Position numbers and translations under genes: made by a program
In this document: piece by piece, positions 39,621-48,565 of the stretch
Position numbering within the stretch: position 1 is the stretch's first letter
Layout of the letters: the number at the start of each line of letters is the position of its first letter
Assembly (NCBI GenBank): GCA_965216875.1
Contig: OZ244207.1
Span: forward strand, 2,560,001-2,624,000
Length of the DNA stretch: 64,000 nt
Direction of reading: 5' to 3'
From: Rubripirellula sp.
Lineage (GTDB): Bacteria > Planctomycetota > Planctomycetia > Pirellulales > Pirellulaceae
Notes under the pieces: model-generated
Databases searched by the model: none
What the model saw: the letters and a program-made list of their open reading frames with translations, nothing else
What the model was told of the DNA's origin: nothing

Positions 39621-39716
39621 CCCGTGAGCCGCTGGCCGTCAGGCCTCGGGCCCTTGCCGACGCGCAGCGAGTGTGAAGGCGAGTAAGGTCCGGCCGCTTA
39701 CGCGATCGCGGCTCAA
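39621..39716. repeat. Inverted pair of TGAGCCGC-headed palindromic elements
   Basis: GTGAGCCGCTGGCCGTCAGGCC (+) and TGAGCCGCGATCGCGTAAGCGGCCGG (-). Confidence 0.45.
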
Positions 39717-39922
39717 ATGCAGTCCCATCCTCGCCGTCGGACGCCAGCGGCCAGTCGTCTTTTTTTCAGTGCGTTCGGACTGCGTGTGCTATGGTGTGAC
39801 CTTCGCCAAGTCACCAAGCAGGAAGGTTTGATCGAACCCGACGCTTCTGCCCCGCACATCTTGGCTTCCCCCAGACGGGCCTCGGCAACCGGCCCTTTCC
39901 ACAGCCACCACGCCAACAGAAC

Positions 39923-41578
39923 ATGACCGGCGAAACAGAAAGCGCATCATCGGCTTCGTCTGACGAGCGCCTTTCAGTGGTCGAAAAGATCGGATACGGG
40001 TTCGGCGACATGGCGTCGAACCTGTATTGGCGGCTACAACAAACGTTCTTGCTGTTTTTCTACACCGACGTCTTTGGCATTTCGCCCAAAGCGACGGGAA
40101 CGATGGTCTTGGTGACCCGAATTTGGGACGCCATCAACGACCCCTTTATCGGCTATCTCTCGGATCGCACGCGGACTCGCTGGGGCCGGTTTCGCCCCTA
40201 TTTGCTGTGGATGTGCGTCCCGCTCGCGATCACCGGGGTCCTCGTCTTTTGTGCGCCCGACCTAAGCCCCACCGGCAAGCTCGTGTATGCGTACGTGACC
40301 TACACCCTGATGATGCTCGCCTACTCCGCAATCAACATCCCCTACGGCGCGCTGATGGGGGTGATCAGCCCCAATTCGCTCGAACGGACCAGCGTGTCCA
40401 CCTACCGCTTCGTGTTTGCATTTCTTGGTGGCGTTTTTGTCCAGTACTTTACCCTGCACCTGGTCGAGATCTTTGGCCGTGAGGAGAGTGAAACGCTTGG
40501 CCCCGGCGTGATTGAAACCGACCACGCCAAAGGCTACTTCTGGACCGTGGTCCTGTTTTCAAGCATCGCGACGATCATGTTCTTGTTGACGTTCTTTTCG
40601 ACCAAAGAACGCGTCGACCTCGATTCCGACCAAGACTCCAACTTCGAAGCCGACTGGTACTTCATCCGAAGCAGCTGGAAGCTGCACCAGCTGATGCTTG
40701 TCGGAATCGTTTCGGTCGCATTGATGGCCACGGCCCTGGACCGCCATGCCGCGTTTTGGATCCTTGGCGCCTATTTCGTTTCGTCCATCGTTTCCTTTAG
40801 CGTTTCGGCGCTCACGCGAGCGTTTCGCAGGAAAGAGATTGGGCGTTCTGTTCTGCGTGATGACGTTGAACACCTGCTTCGAAACCGCCCCTGGATCGTG
40901 CTGTCGGTGTTTGGCCTTTTTCACTTGTCTGGATACGCCGTGCACAGCAGCACGCTGATCTATTACTTCAAGTACTTTGTGGCCGACGAGACCCCCATCT
41001 CCTCTTTCATGGCAGCCAAGACGATCGCCGGGATGGCGGGAATGTTGCTGACCAAACCGCTCACCGCAAAGTTTGGCAAGAAGCGGTTGATGATCACACT
41101 CACAATCCTCACCACACTCTGCACGCTCTGCTTTCTTTTCGTAAAGCCGGATCAAGTGCGTTTGATGTTCGGCATTCATATGCTCAGTGGATTTGTTGGC
41201 GGTCCCGTCTGCGTCATCCTGTGGGCGATGTATGCCGATGTCGCCGACTACTCCCAATGGGAGCATGGACGGCGCACGACCGGCTTGATCTTCGCGGCAG
41301 CTTCTTTCTCGCAAAAACTGGGGGCAGCCGTCGGCGTCGCGTTGACCGGTTTCTTGCTGGACTACTTCATGTACATCCCGCCGGTCGACGGCGAGATGCA
41401 GCCGCAATCGGAATTCACCATCGATGGCCTGAGATGGATGTTCAGCCTCATCCCCATCGGCTTCTTCATCATCGCGATCGCCGCGCTGGCCCTTTATCCG
41501 CTTGATGAGCCTACGCTCAAGCACATCCAGGATGAGCTACGTGAGCGGAAACAGGCCGAACGTCTCAAACGCTGCTGA
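39923..41578 (+). CDS. Glycoside-pentoside-hexuronide (GPH):cation symporter, with enlarged central region
   Basis: EKIGYGFGD, FYTDVFG, DAINDP.IG..SDRTRTRWGRFRPYLL, NIPYGAL, ADVADY. Confidence 0.92.
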   Translation: MTGETESASSASSDERLSVVEKIGYGFGDMASNLYWRLQQTFLLFFYTDVFGISPKATGTMVLVTRIWDAINDPFIGYLSDRTRTRWGRFRPYLLWMCVPLAITGVLVFCAPDLSPTGKLVYAYVTYTLMMLAYSAINIPYGALMGVISPNSLERTSVSTYRFVFAFLGGVFVQYFTLHLVEIFGREESETLGPGVIETDHAKGYFWTVVLFSSIATIMFLLTFFSTKERVDLDSDQDSNFEADWYFIRSSWKLHQLMLVGIVSVALMATALDRHAAFWILGAYFVSSIVSFSVSALTRAFRRKEIGRSVLRDDVEHLLRNRPWIVLSVFGLFHLSGYAVHSSTLIYYFKYFVADETPISSFMAAKTIAGMAGMLLTKPLTAKFGKKRLMITLTILTTLCTLCFLFVKPDQVRLMFGIHMLSGFVGGPVCVILWAMYADVADYSQWEHGRRTTGLIFAAASFSQKLGAAVGVALTGFLLDYFMYIPPVDGEMQPQSEFTIDGLRWMFSLIPIGFFIIAIAALALYPLDEPTLKHIQDELRERKQAERLKRC

Positions 41579-41722
41579 TCAGCGAAGCGGCCACTGCCGT
41601 CATCGGCACTGCTGATTCCCGCGCGAGCGGATGTCGACGACGGCCATGCGTTTGGCTGAATGTTTTCAGCAGATTTTCAGGTACGGGTGAGCCCAATGTC
41701 TGTTCAGGATGTACGTGGCTCC

Positions 41723-41736
41723 TGAAACCGCTTTCA
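41723..41736. promoter_or_regulatory. LacI-type operator O2 (TGAAACCGCTTTCA)
   Basis: Exact reverse complement of the operator at 41911-41924. Confidence 0.7.
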
Positions 41737-41904
41737 GACAAACGGTCTGAAAAACACCCCTCTACAGCATGATACAAACGGCATTTCGAGCCACCCGCAT
41801 TGGTGGAAACACCACCAATAGACGGGGTTTCGTGCGATCCCCGCCCAAGAAACCCGCCTGCACCACCCGCCTGAGACTGTTTCCTGTGAATTTTTCGTGA
41901 ATCG

Positions 41905-41933
41905 TTGACGTGAAAGCGGTTTCACGATAACGT
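41905..41933 (+). promoter_or_regulatory. Sigma70 promoter TTGACG-N17-TAACGT with LacI-type operator O1 (CGTGAAAGCGGTTTCACG) in the spacer
   Basis: CG-centred palindrome typical of LacI/GalR sites, directly upstream of the LacI gene. Confidence 0.75.
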
Positions 41934-42006
41934 GAGCACAGACGTCGTTAATTGCTACCTAACGCGCCAACCTCTTCCAGAGCTTCCTTTTCACAAAATC
42001 CCTCCC

Positions 42007-42999
42007 TTGATCACCATCCGCGACATAGCGAAACGCGCCAATGTTTCCAGCGCTACGGTTTCGCGCGTGCTCAACAACAGCTCGCCGGTGAACGAGGAAA
42101 AACGGGCTGCCGTGCTCGAGGCGATGGAGGAGCTCAATTTCCAGCCCAACCTGGTCGCACGTGGGCTGGCCAGTGGTGAGTCGATGACGATCGGCGTCGC
42201 AGTGCAGATGTCGGGTTCCACCTTTTACAACTTGGTCACCGATGGAATCAGCATCAGCCTCGATGAGCTCGGTTACTCACCCATCTTTTCGAACCGCAAA
42301 CACAAACCGGGGATGGGCCTTGCCGCTGTCCGCAACTTGATCGGTCGACGTATCGACGGCTTGATCCTGGTGGGCGGCGAACTCCCCGAAAACGAACTCA
42401 AGCAAATACGCGATACCGTCCCGACCATCGTTGTGGGTCGAGACATTTCCGGTAATCCCGACGAGACCATTTGCGTCGACAACTTTGAGCCAGCGTACGA
42501 GCTGACCAAAGTGTTGATCGAAGCGGGGCATGAGCGAATCGCTCACATCAGTGGTGACCAAGGGCACTTTGATGGCCGGCAAAGATTCCAAGCTTACAAA
42601 CAAGCTCTCAAAGATTTTGGTGTCAAGTTCCGCTCAGAGCTGGTCTATGAAGGTGACTTCTCGGCGCAATCCGGAATCGTAGGGGTGAGTTCGTTGCTTG
42701 CGCGCGGCGTGAACTTCAGCGCCGTGTTTGCCGGTAACGACCTTTGCGCTTACGGCGCTCGCTTGGCACTTTATCAAAAAGGAATACGAGTACCTGAGGA
42801 TGTTTCGATCGTTGGATTTGATGACCAACCCGAATCCTCTTACATGACACCGCCGCTGACGACAGTCCGCCAGCCTGCCAAGGAGATGGGCACAGCTGCT
42901 GGCAAGGCGATCGTTTCATTGGTTCGAGGCAAGCAGGTAAAGATACCGAAGCTTGCCGCAAAGGTTGTTTTCCGCGACTCGATCAGTCGCCGGATTTAG
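42007..42999 (+). CDS. LacI/GalR family transcriptional regulator
   Basis: TIRDIAKRANVSSATVSRVLN, FQPNLVARGL hinge, VSIVGFDD, PLTTVRQP. Confidence 0.95.
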   Translation: MITIRDIAKRANVSSATVSRVLNNSSPVNEEKRAAVLEAMEELNFQPNLVARGLASGESMTIGVAVQMSGSTFYNLVTDGISISLDELGYSPIFSNRKHKPGMGLAAVRNLIGRRIDGLILVGGELPENELKQIRDTVPTIVVGRDISGNPDETICVDNFEPAYELTKVLIEAGHERIAHISGDQGHFDGRQRFQAYKQALKDFGVKFRSELVYEGDFSAQSGIVGVSSLLARGVNFSAVFAGNDLCAYGARLALYQKGIRVPEDVSIVGFDDQPESSYMTPPLTTVRQPAKEMGTAAGKAIVSLVRGKQVKIPKLAAKVVFRDSISRRI

Positions 43000-43077
43000 T
43001 TGTTTCGCGTTTATCCCCAATAGGGGTTTTTCAATTCGTTTTGTTTTCCCACAGATTCTCTTTAGAGGGATCATCAA

Positions 43078-44280
43078 ATGATTCGTAATCGGTTCCAGCG
43101 TCAGGCGTTCACGCTTGTCGAGCTTTTGGTCGTTATCGCGATCATTGGCGTCCTTGTCGGCCTACTGTTGCCGGCAGTCCAAGCTGCTCGCGAAGCAGCA
43201 CGTCGTATGAGTTGCAGTAACAACTTCAAGCAAATCGGCTTGGCACTTCACAACTATCACAGTGCATACAAGAATTTGCCGACACAACGTGGTGGTACTT
43301 GGGACAACCAAACCACCTGGCCACCGTTGATTCGGACCAACCACAACAACTTCCAGTTGAGCATGCTGGTTGGCATCACTCCCTTCATGGAGCAACAAGC
43401 TCTATGGGAAACGATTTTTAATCCGCTTGATGATCCGGATGACAACCCCGTTGATGTCTGGCCTTCGATGGGCCCAACGGTCGACAACAACGACCAATAC
43501 ACACCTTGGGTCACCCAGATCCCAACGTTGCGCTGCCCCAGCGACCCGGGCAACGGACTTCCTGGTTACGGCCGTACCAACTACGGTGCCTGCATCGGTG
43601 ACACCTACTACTCGCCATGGGGTGACAACCTCTGGTGGGACCACACGCAAACCTTCTATGACATCGGCTGGCCTGACATCAAGAAGTGCCAACGTGGTGT
43701 GTTCACCGGCCGCAAGGAAACTCGCTTCCGCGACATCCTTGATGGTTTGAGCAACACGATCATGGCCGGCGAATTCATCACCTACCTCGGTGACCGTGAC
43801 GCTCGTGCTTCGACCATCCAAGCGGGTGTTGTCGATGATCCAACCGCCTGCCGTGTTTCACTCGACCCAGAACGTCCAAACTTCTGGGATCCATCGGTCA
43901 CCACCCACCAACAAGACGCCAGCGGAACGGGTGTCCGGGCTGGTCGTGGTTACCAATGGGCAAACGGTTTCGCTGTTCACAGCGAAGTCTACACCGTTTT
44001 GCCACCTAACAGCGAAATGTGTGCTGACCTGCCATCGGATCAATGGATGGGTGCTTTGACCGACCGCATCAACGCGACCGTGTCGAGCCAACACCAAGGT
44101 GGTGCTCACGTGCTTATGTCCGACGGTGCTGTCAAATTCATCACCGACTCGATCGAAGCAGGCGATAGCACTGCTGCTCAAATCAACCCATGGATGAATG
44201 GTGGTCAGCAAAGCTTCTACGGCCTCTGGGGTGCACTCGGCACCAAGGGCATGAAGGAAGTGATCGAGGAAGAACTCTAG
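43078..44280 (+). CDS. DUF1559 family prepilin-like protein (SBP_bac_10)
   Basis: [50 protein letters not shown], and [12 protein letters not shown] (H-X9-DG). Confidence 0.95.
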   Translation: MIRNRFQRQAFTLVELLVVIAIIGVLVGLLLPAVQAAREAARRMSCSNNFKQIGLALHNYHSAYKNLPTQRGGTWDNQTTWPPLIRTNHNNFQLSMLVGITPFMEQQALWETIFNPLDDPDDNPVDVWPSMGPTVDNNDQYTPWVTQIPTLRCPSDPGNGLPGYGRTNYGACIGDTYYSPWGDNLWWDHTQTFYDIGWPDIKKCQRGVFTGRKETRFRDILDGLSNTIMAGEFITYLGDRDARASTIQAGVVDDPTACRVSLDPERPNFWDPSVTTHQQDASGTGVRAGRGYQWANGFAVHSEVYTVLPPNSEMCADLPSDQWMGALTDRINATVSSQHQGGAHVLMSDGAVKFITDSIEAGDSTAAQINPWMNGGQQSFYGLWGALGTKGMKEVIEEEL

Positions 44281-44303
44281 AAATCGATTTGAAGGATTTT
44301 CCA

Positions 44304-44564
44304 ATGAAGAAGAAGTTCTTTACGGCAATGGGCCTCGTCAGCTGCTCCGTCCTCTTCGGATGCTCTGACAACGAAGCCTATGTCGTAGGATCAGACGAAG
44401 AGTACGCCGAGATTCGGACTTCGAAAGAAGAAGCCGATGCAATGGCGGCCAAGTACGCCAAGGGCGGCGGCGACGCTGCTCCTTCGCGCAACGACATTCA
44501 AGACATGGCAAAGCAGGCCAAGGCGAGTGCCGAAGCCGCTCGCGCTGCTGCCGCGTCGAACTAG
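44304..44564 (+). CDS. Small lipoprotein, DUF1559 partner
   Basis: AAGGA SD; MKKK...VLFGC lipobox; Ala-rich tail. Confidence 0.8.
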   Translation: MKKKFFTAMGLVSCSVLFGCSDNEAYVVGSDEEYAEIRTSKEEADAMAAKYAKGGGDAAPSRNDIQDMAKQAKASAEAARAAAASN

Positions 44565-44605
44565 TCCCGGTCTGATCCGCACCTAACCGTGCATGAAGTT
44601 GGTTG

Positions 44606-44647
44606 AAAGGCTGTCTAGGTGTCGCACCTGGGCAGCCTTTCTTTTTT
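44606..44647 (+). terminator. Rho-independent terminator
   Basis: AAAGGCTGTCTAGGTG-TCG-CACCTGGGCAGCCTTT hairpin followed by CTTTTTT. Confidence 0.85.
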
Positions 44648-44720
44648 GGGGTTTCAACCTTCTTTCGGCGCCAAGTGCGTCGCTCGCGGCGTCTGGTTTT
44701 TGGTTGGGCCGCAGTGCGGT

Positions 44721-44775
44721 CGAATACGAGCACCGCTTTGCTGAGCACGAGCACGAGCACAAGTACAAGTACAAG
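44721..44775. repeat. Hexamer-based repeat (GAGCAC/AAGTAC)n
   Basis: CGAATACGAGCACCGCTTTGCTGAGCACGAGCACGAGCACAAGTACAAGTACAAG. Related to the run at about 34190 on the other strand. Confidence 0.6.
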
Positions 44776-44923
44776 CGAAAGCATGGATCACTCGCCAACC
44801 TTTGGCATTCTCGCTCCGTGCACCCTGCGCCCTCGGTGGCTTCCTTGAAACCCCGAAAGCCCACAGACGCTGACGCAATCCCCAACTCAATGATGAATAG
44901 GCCCTCGCATCAATGATGCGAGC

Positions 44924-46048
44924 CTAGCTGCGACGACCGCGCCAACCAACTTGCCGCCCCGTGACTTTCATCGCTAACGCTAGCCATTGCAGCAACACAA
45001 AGACGGCAACCGCTGGCGCGTGCAGCACCACACCAACCCAAGGTTGCTTGTAGTCTCTCGCCGCCAACGCTCGCGGCAGGTGTCCTGCAACAACCGCCGA
45101 TAGGGAAAGACCGACCACCCAAGGCTTCGCAACTGACACGCCGACCGCCAACATCAAAATCGGCAACACGCTGCCACCAAGAAGCAGGATGCTGAAGGGA
45201 ACAATCAACTTGGGAGCTGCGATCCCCTCGGTCGCGTTTTTCAAGACGCCCACAAAAACCTCGCCTGCGTTGCTGTACATGCGGCACAACGCCAAGTCGG
45301 TTCCATCGACAACATCAGCCATCATGTCCTTCTCTCGGTAGGCACGCGGCAACTTCACACCGTCATGTCGACTCGACTTGATTGCCGCGTGCGTGCCAGC
45401 TCGCAGGTAGTCTTCCTGGGACGTCATAAAAAGCTGACCGCATCCCGCTGCGTACGCGGGCGATGAGAACTGCCGCATGCGCTGCATCGGCAAGTAGCCG
45501 AGCAGAATGTAGTGCATCATCGGAATGATCAACTTTTCCCAAAAGGTCTCGGTGACCTGGCGCGGAAACGCACTCAACAGTTCGATGTTTCGTTCGTCTT
45601 GATATTGGACGAGTTGCGAAATCGCCTTTGGCTCAAGTCGCACATCGGCATCGATAAAGACAAGCCGCTCATGGCGAGCCGCCTTGGCAAGTTGAAAACA
45701 AGCATGTTGCTTTCCGTTCCAACCTTCGGGCAACGGTTCGCTACTGAGAAGCCGCAGTCGCGGATCATCAGCCGCAAGCGACTCGACCAAACGCCGCGTG
45801 TCATCGGTGCTGTGATCATCAAGCACGACAACTTCGCACACAACGTCTTCACTGGCCAGCGCTGCCGAAACGCTTTGCACGATCCCCAACTCTTCATTTC
45901 GGGCCGGCACGAGAATCGAGACCTCGACGTTTGCAGCTTCCTTCGGGTCGTCTAACACGATTTGAAACAGCGGACGGTTTGCCAAAAAGGTTGCGGCTGG
46001 CAGCAACGAAAGCAGCAGTGCCGCGATGAGCAGTCCCCACACGATCAT
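44924..46048 (-). CDS. GT2 glycosyltransferase, CrtQ-like (diapocarotenoate glycosyltransferase)
   Basis: VPARNEE, DDHSTD, GWNGKQHAC, FIDADVRL, CRMY. Lies in the carotenoid cluster. Confidence 0.85.
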   Translation of the reverse strand: MIVWGLLIAALLLSLLPAATFLANRPLFQIVLDDPKEAANVEVSILVPARNEELGIVQSVSAALASEDVVCEVVVLDDHSTDDTRRLVESLAADDPRLRLLSSEPLPEGWNGKQHACFQLAKAARHERLVFIDADVRLEPKAISQLVQYQDERNIELLSAFPRQVTETFWEKLIIPMMHYILLGYLPMQRMRQFSSPAYAAGCGQLFMTSQEDYLRAGTHAAIKSSRHDGVKLPRAYREKDMMADVVDGTDLALCRMYSNAGEVFVGVLKNATEGIAAPKLIVPFSILLLGGSVLPILMLAVGVSVAKPWVVGLSLSAVVAGHLPRALAARDYKQPWVGVVLHAPAVAVFVLLQWLALAMKVTGRQVGWRGRRS

Positions 46049-46854
46049 TGCTTTGAGTCGTCTCCAAATTGATCGCCATGACGAGATCGAAACCGTTTCC
46101 CGGTAAACAACGACTTGGCGGCCCGAAACGTGTCGTAGAACATTCCCGCGCCCGCCTTTCCACCCACCAGCATCTCAAGGTCTTGCGCACCACGCCCGAT
46201 CGCAATCTCGGCGAGACAGTGTTGCGTCTGGCGAAGCCCCCAAGTCAACGCTTGATTCCATTGTTGCTTGTCTTGCAATTCGCCTGAATCAAGCGAGATT
46301 GGATCGCCCAATCGCGCAAGACAAACGGGCAAGCGTTCATCCCAAAACACGTACTCGAGAGCCAACGGCATCGCGACGCCACGCTCCGCCTTATGGCAGA
46401 GGTGCGCCAGTCCCGGCATCAATTCAGCCGAATGATCACGAGCGTCGCAGAATCGTCCTTCAGGTGTGATCCAAATCGCCGTCCCGGGATGAGCAAGAAT
46501 TGCTTTGCTTTGCTTCAAAAACGCTGCCGCCCCTTCCCCGGAGTCCATTTTGACGCCATAGAAGCCAAGCTTTTCAAAGACGCGGTATTGGGCGAGCGCG
46601 TCGGCATCGATCGGCGCAAAAAACTGACGCGGCGCAAAAAGTCGACCGTTTAAATAGTGCGCAACCAAAGGGTCCCACCACGACGGATGATTCCCATAAA
46701 CGACCAAAGGCGTGTCATCAGAAAGGGTCTTGTCGGGCCGGCTACGAACATCAACCGCGATCGCGTGAAAATGTCGGGCAAAAAAGCGCGGCAGGAATCG
46801 ATGAAAACCATTCTGGATCCAGCTTGAAACGGCAGGAACGGATTCGGTTGACAT
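46045..46854 (-). CDS. Lysophospholipid acyltransferase (PlsC-like) family protein
   Basis: NHPSWWD (HxxxxD) and ITPEGR. ATG at 46854. Confidence 0.88.
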   Translation of the reverse strand: MSTESVPAVSSWIQNGFHRFLPRFFARHFHAIAVDVRSRPDKTLSDDTPLVVYGNHPSWWDPLVAHYLNGRLFAPRQFFAPIDADALAQYRVFEKLGFYGVKMDSGEGAAAFLKQSKAILAHPGTAIWITPEGRFCDARDHSAELMPGLAHLCHKAERGVAMPLALEYVFWDERLPVCLARLGDPISLDSGELQDKQQWNQALTWGLRQTQHCLAEIAIGRGAQDLEMLVGGKAGAGMFYDTFRAAKSLFTGKRFRSRHGDQFGDDSKQ

Positions 46855-46981
46855 CAGGCCAATCGGAGCAAGGGCGTGGAGTTCATCAAAGCGTCGAACT
46901 TGACACGCCCGCAACGCCCAAGCAAGTAGGGAGAGGGGAAGAAGGGACGCGACAAATTGAGATGTCCGAGCGGCTCGACAA

Positions 46982-48565
46982 CTAGAGTCGCCCCGCTTCG
47001 GCATCGACGTCAAGCGAGTCAGCGGCGATCCAACCGCTCATCAGGACCATCGGCATACCGGGCCCAGGATGCGCCGCGCCGCCGGCAAGGTAGAGCCCGC
47101 GAAGATCCTTTCGTCGATTGCCCGGCTTGAACGCCCCGACAAATTTACCATGGCTGGCCAACCCATAGATTGCGCCGTTCAAGACTCGGTACCGATTGTG
47201 AATTCCTTCAGGCGTGAGTGATGATTCATAGACGATCGAGTCTCGGATCCCCTCCATGCCCGCCGTCGATTCCAATTTGTCGAGGATCACTTCTCGATAC
47301 TTGGGCAACATTTCGTTCCAGTCGTGCCCGTCGCGCAAGTAAGGCGTGTGCACCAGTATATAGAGCGCTTCGCATCCGTCGGGGGCGACCTGGGGCTCCG
47401 AAATGCTCGGCGCACAAACGTAGGCACTCGGGTCGGGTGCGGGCTCGCCCCGGTCATAGATGTATTTGAACTCTTCGTGCGGATCGCGTGAAAAGACAAA
47501 GTTGTGGTGCAGCAACTGCTCGTACTTGCGGTTCAAACCAAGGTAGAGCACAACGCCGCTACAGGCTGGCTCGAAACGATTCTTGCTTTCGAACTTCGCC
47601 GCCTCGGATGTCCCGCCGAGCAACTCGCGATAGGTACGGATGGCGTCGCAGTTACTCACGATTGCATCGCAATCGACCGTTTCGCCCGACGCTAGCTCCG
47701 CGCCTCTGACTCGCTTCGACTCGGATCGAATGCCAACGACGTCCGTCCCCGTTCGAATCTCCACACCAAGTTCACCCGCCAAGCGACTGAGGGCTTCGGG
47801 GACCGCGCGCGTTCCACCCATCGGATACCAAATGCCTTCGTCGGTTTGCATATGAGCAATCCCGCAAAGCACTGCTGGCGACGCATAGGGTGACGAACCA
47901 ACATACTGGGTGAAGTGATCCATCATCTGAGCAACGCGATGGTCGGGCACGTGCGAACGGACGACCGAAGCAACGCTCCGCCCCATCCGAAGTGAAAGCA
48001 CATCTTTGAGGACGGCAGGTGAAAAAGCACCGCCAACCTCCATCGTGTCGGCCAGGCCTCCGACACTGCGCCAGAAGAAAAAGCGGTCCGATACCTCATG
48101 AAGCTGTTTGCTCATTTTGAGGAAGCGCGCGTAGCCGTCGCCACTCTTGGACGAACCGGTGAACTGGTCGATCGCTTGACGCATCGCGTCGGTGTTGGCG
48201 ACCAAATCGAGCACATCTCCGTCACCGCTCGACGTGCTGTCCGGCTCGAAAAAGCAACGCCACTGGGGATCAAGCGGAATCATCTCCAGATAGTCTTCAA
48301 GCCGTCGCCCCGCCTCAGCGAAAACGCGTTTGAGCACACTCGGAAGTGTCAAAATGGTCGGCCCCATGTCGAAGCGATAACCCTCGGCTTGATGAACCGC
48401 CGCCTTGCCGCCAACCCAGTCATTCTTTTCGAGCAACGTGACTTGGTGCCCACGCGCCGCAAGAACACAGGCTGATGATAGTCCCGCGAGCCCGCCACCA
48501 ACCACAACCACCTTCTGTGGTTTTGTCGTCGTTTTGCGTCCTACTTCAGATAACTCTTGGATCAT
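46982..48565 (-). CDS. crtI: Phytoene desaturase family flavoprotein (CrtI/CrtN/CrtP-like)
   Basis: VVGGGLAGL, GYRFDMGPTILT, WYPMGG, GAIYG, GGAAHPGPGMPMVLMSG. Confidence 0.88.
   Translation of the reverse strand: MIQELSEVGRKTTTKPQKVVVVGGGLAGLSSACVLAARGHQVTLLEKNDWVGGKAAVHQAEGYRFDMGPTILTLPSVLKRVFAEAGRRLEDYLEMIPLDPQWRCFFEPDSTSSGDGDVLDLVANTDAMRQAIDQFTGSSKSGDGYARFLKMSKQLHEVSDRFFFWRSVGGLADTMEVGGAFSPAVLKDVLSLRMGRSVASVVRSHVPDHRVAQMMDHFTQYVGSSPYASPAVLCGIAHMQTDEGIWYPMGGTRAVPEALSRLAGELGVEIRTGTDVVGIRSESKRVRGAELASGETVDCDAIVSNCDAIRTYRELLGGTSEAAKFESKNRFEPACSGVVLYLGLNRKYEQLLHHNFVFSRDPHEEFKYIYDRGEPAPDPSAYVCAPSISEPQVAPDGCEALYILVHTPYLRDGHDWNEMLPKYREVILDKLESTAGMEGIRDSIVYESSLTPEGIHNRYRVLNGAIYGLASHGKFVGAFKPGNRRKDLRGLYLAGGAAHPGPGMPMVLMSGWIAADSLDVDAEAGRL

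Noticed and set aside
44583..44916. Short ORFs with HEHEHKYKYK or LVLVLV runs (also near 34190)
   Set aside because: These are translations of the intergenic hexamer repeat, located downstream of a terminator.
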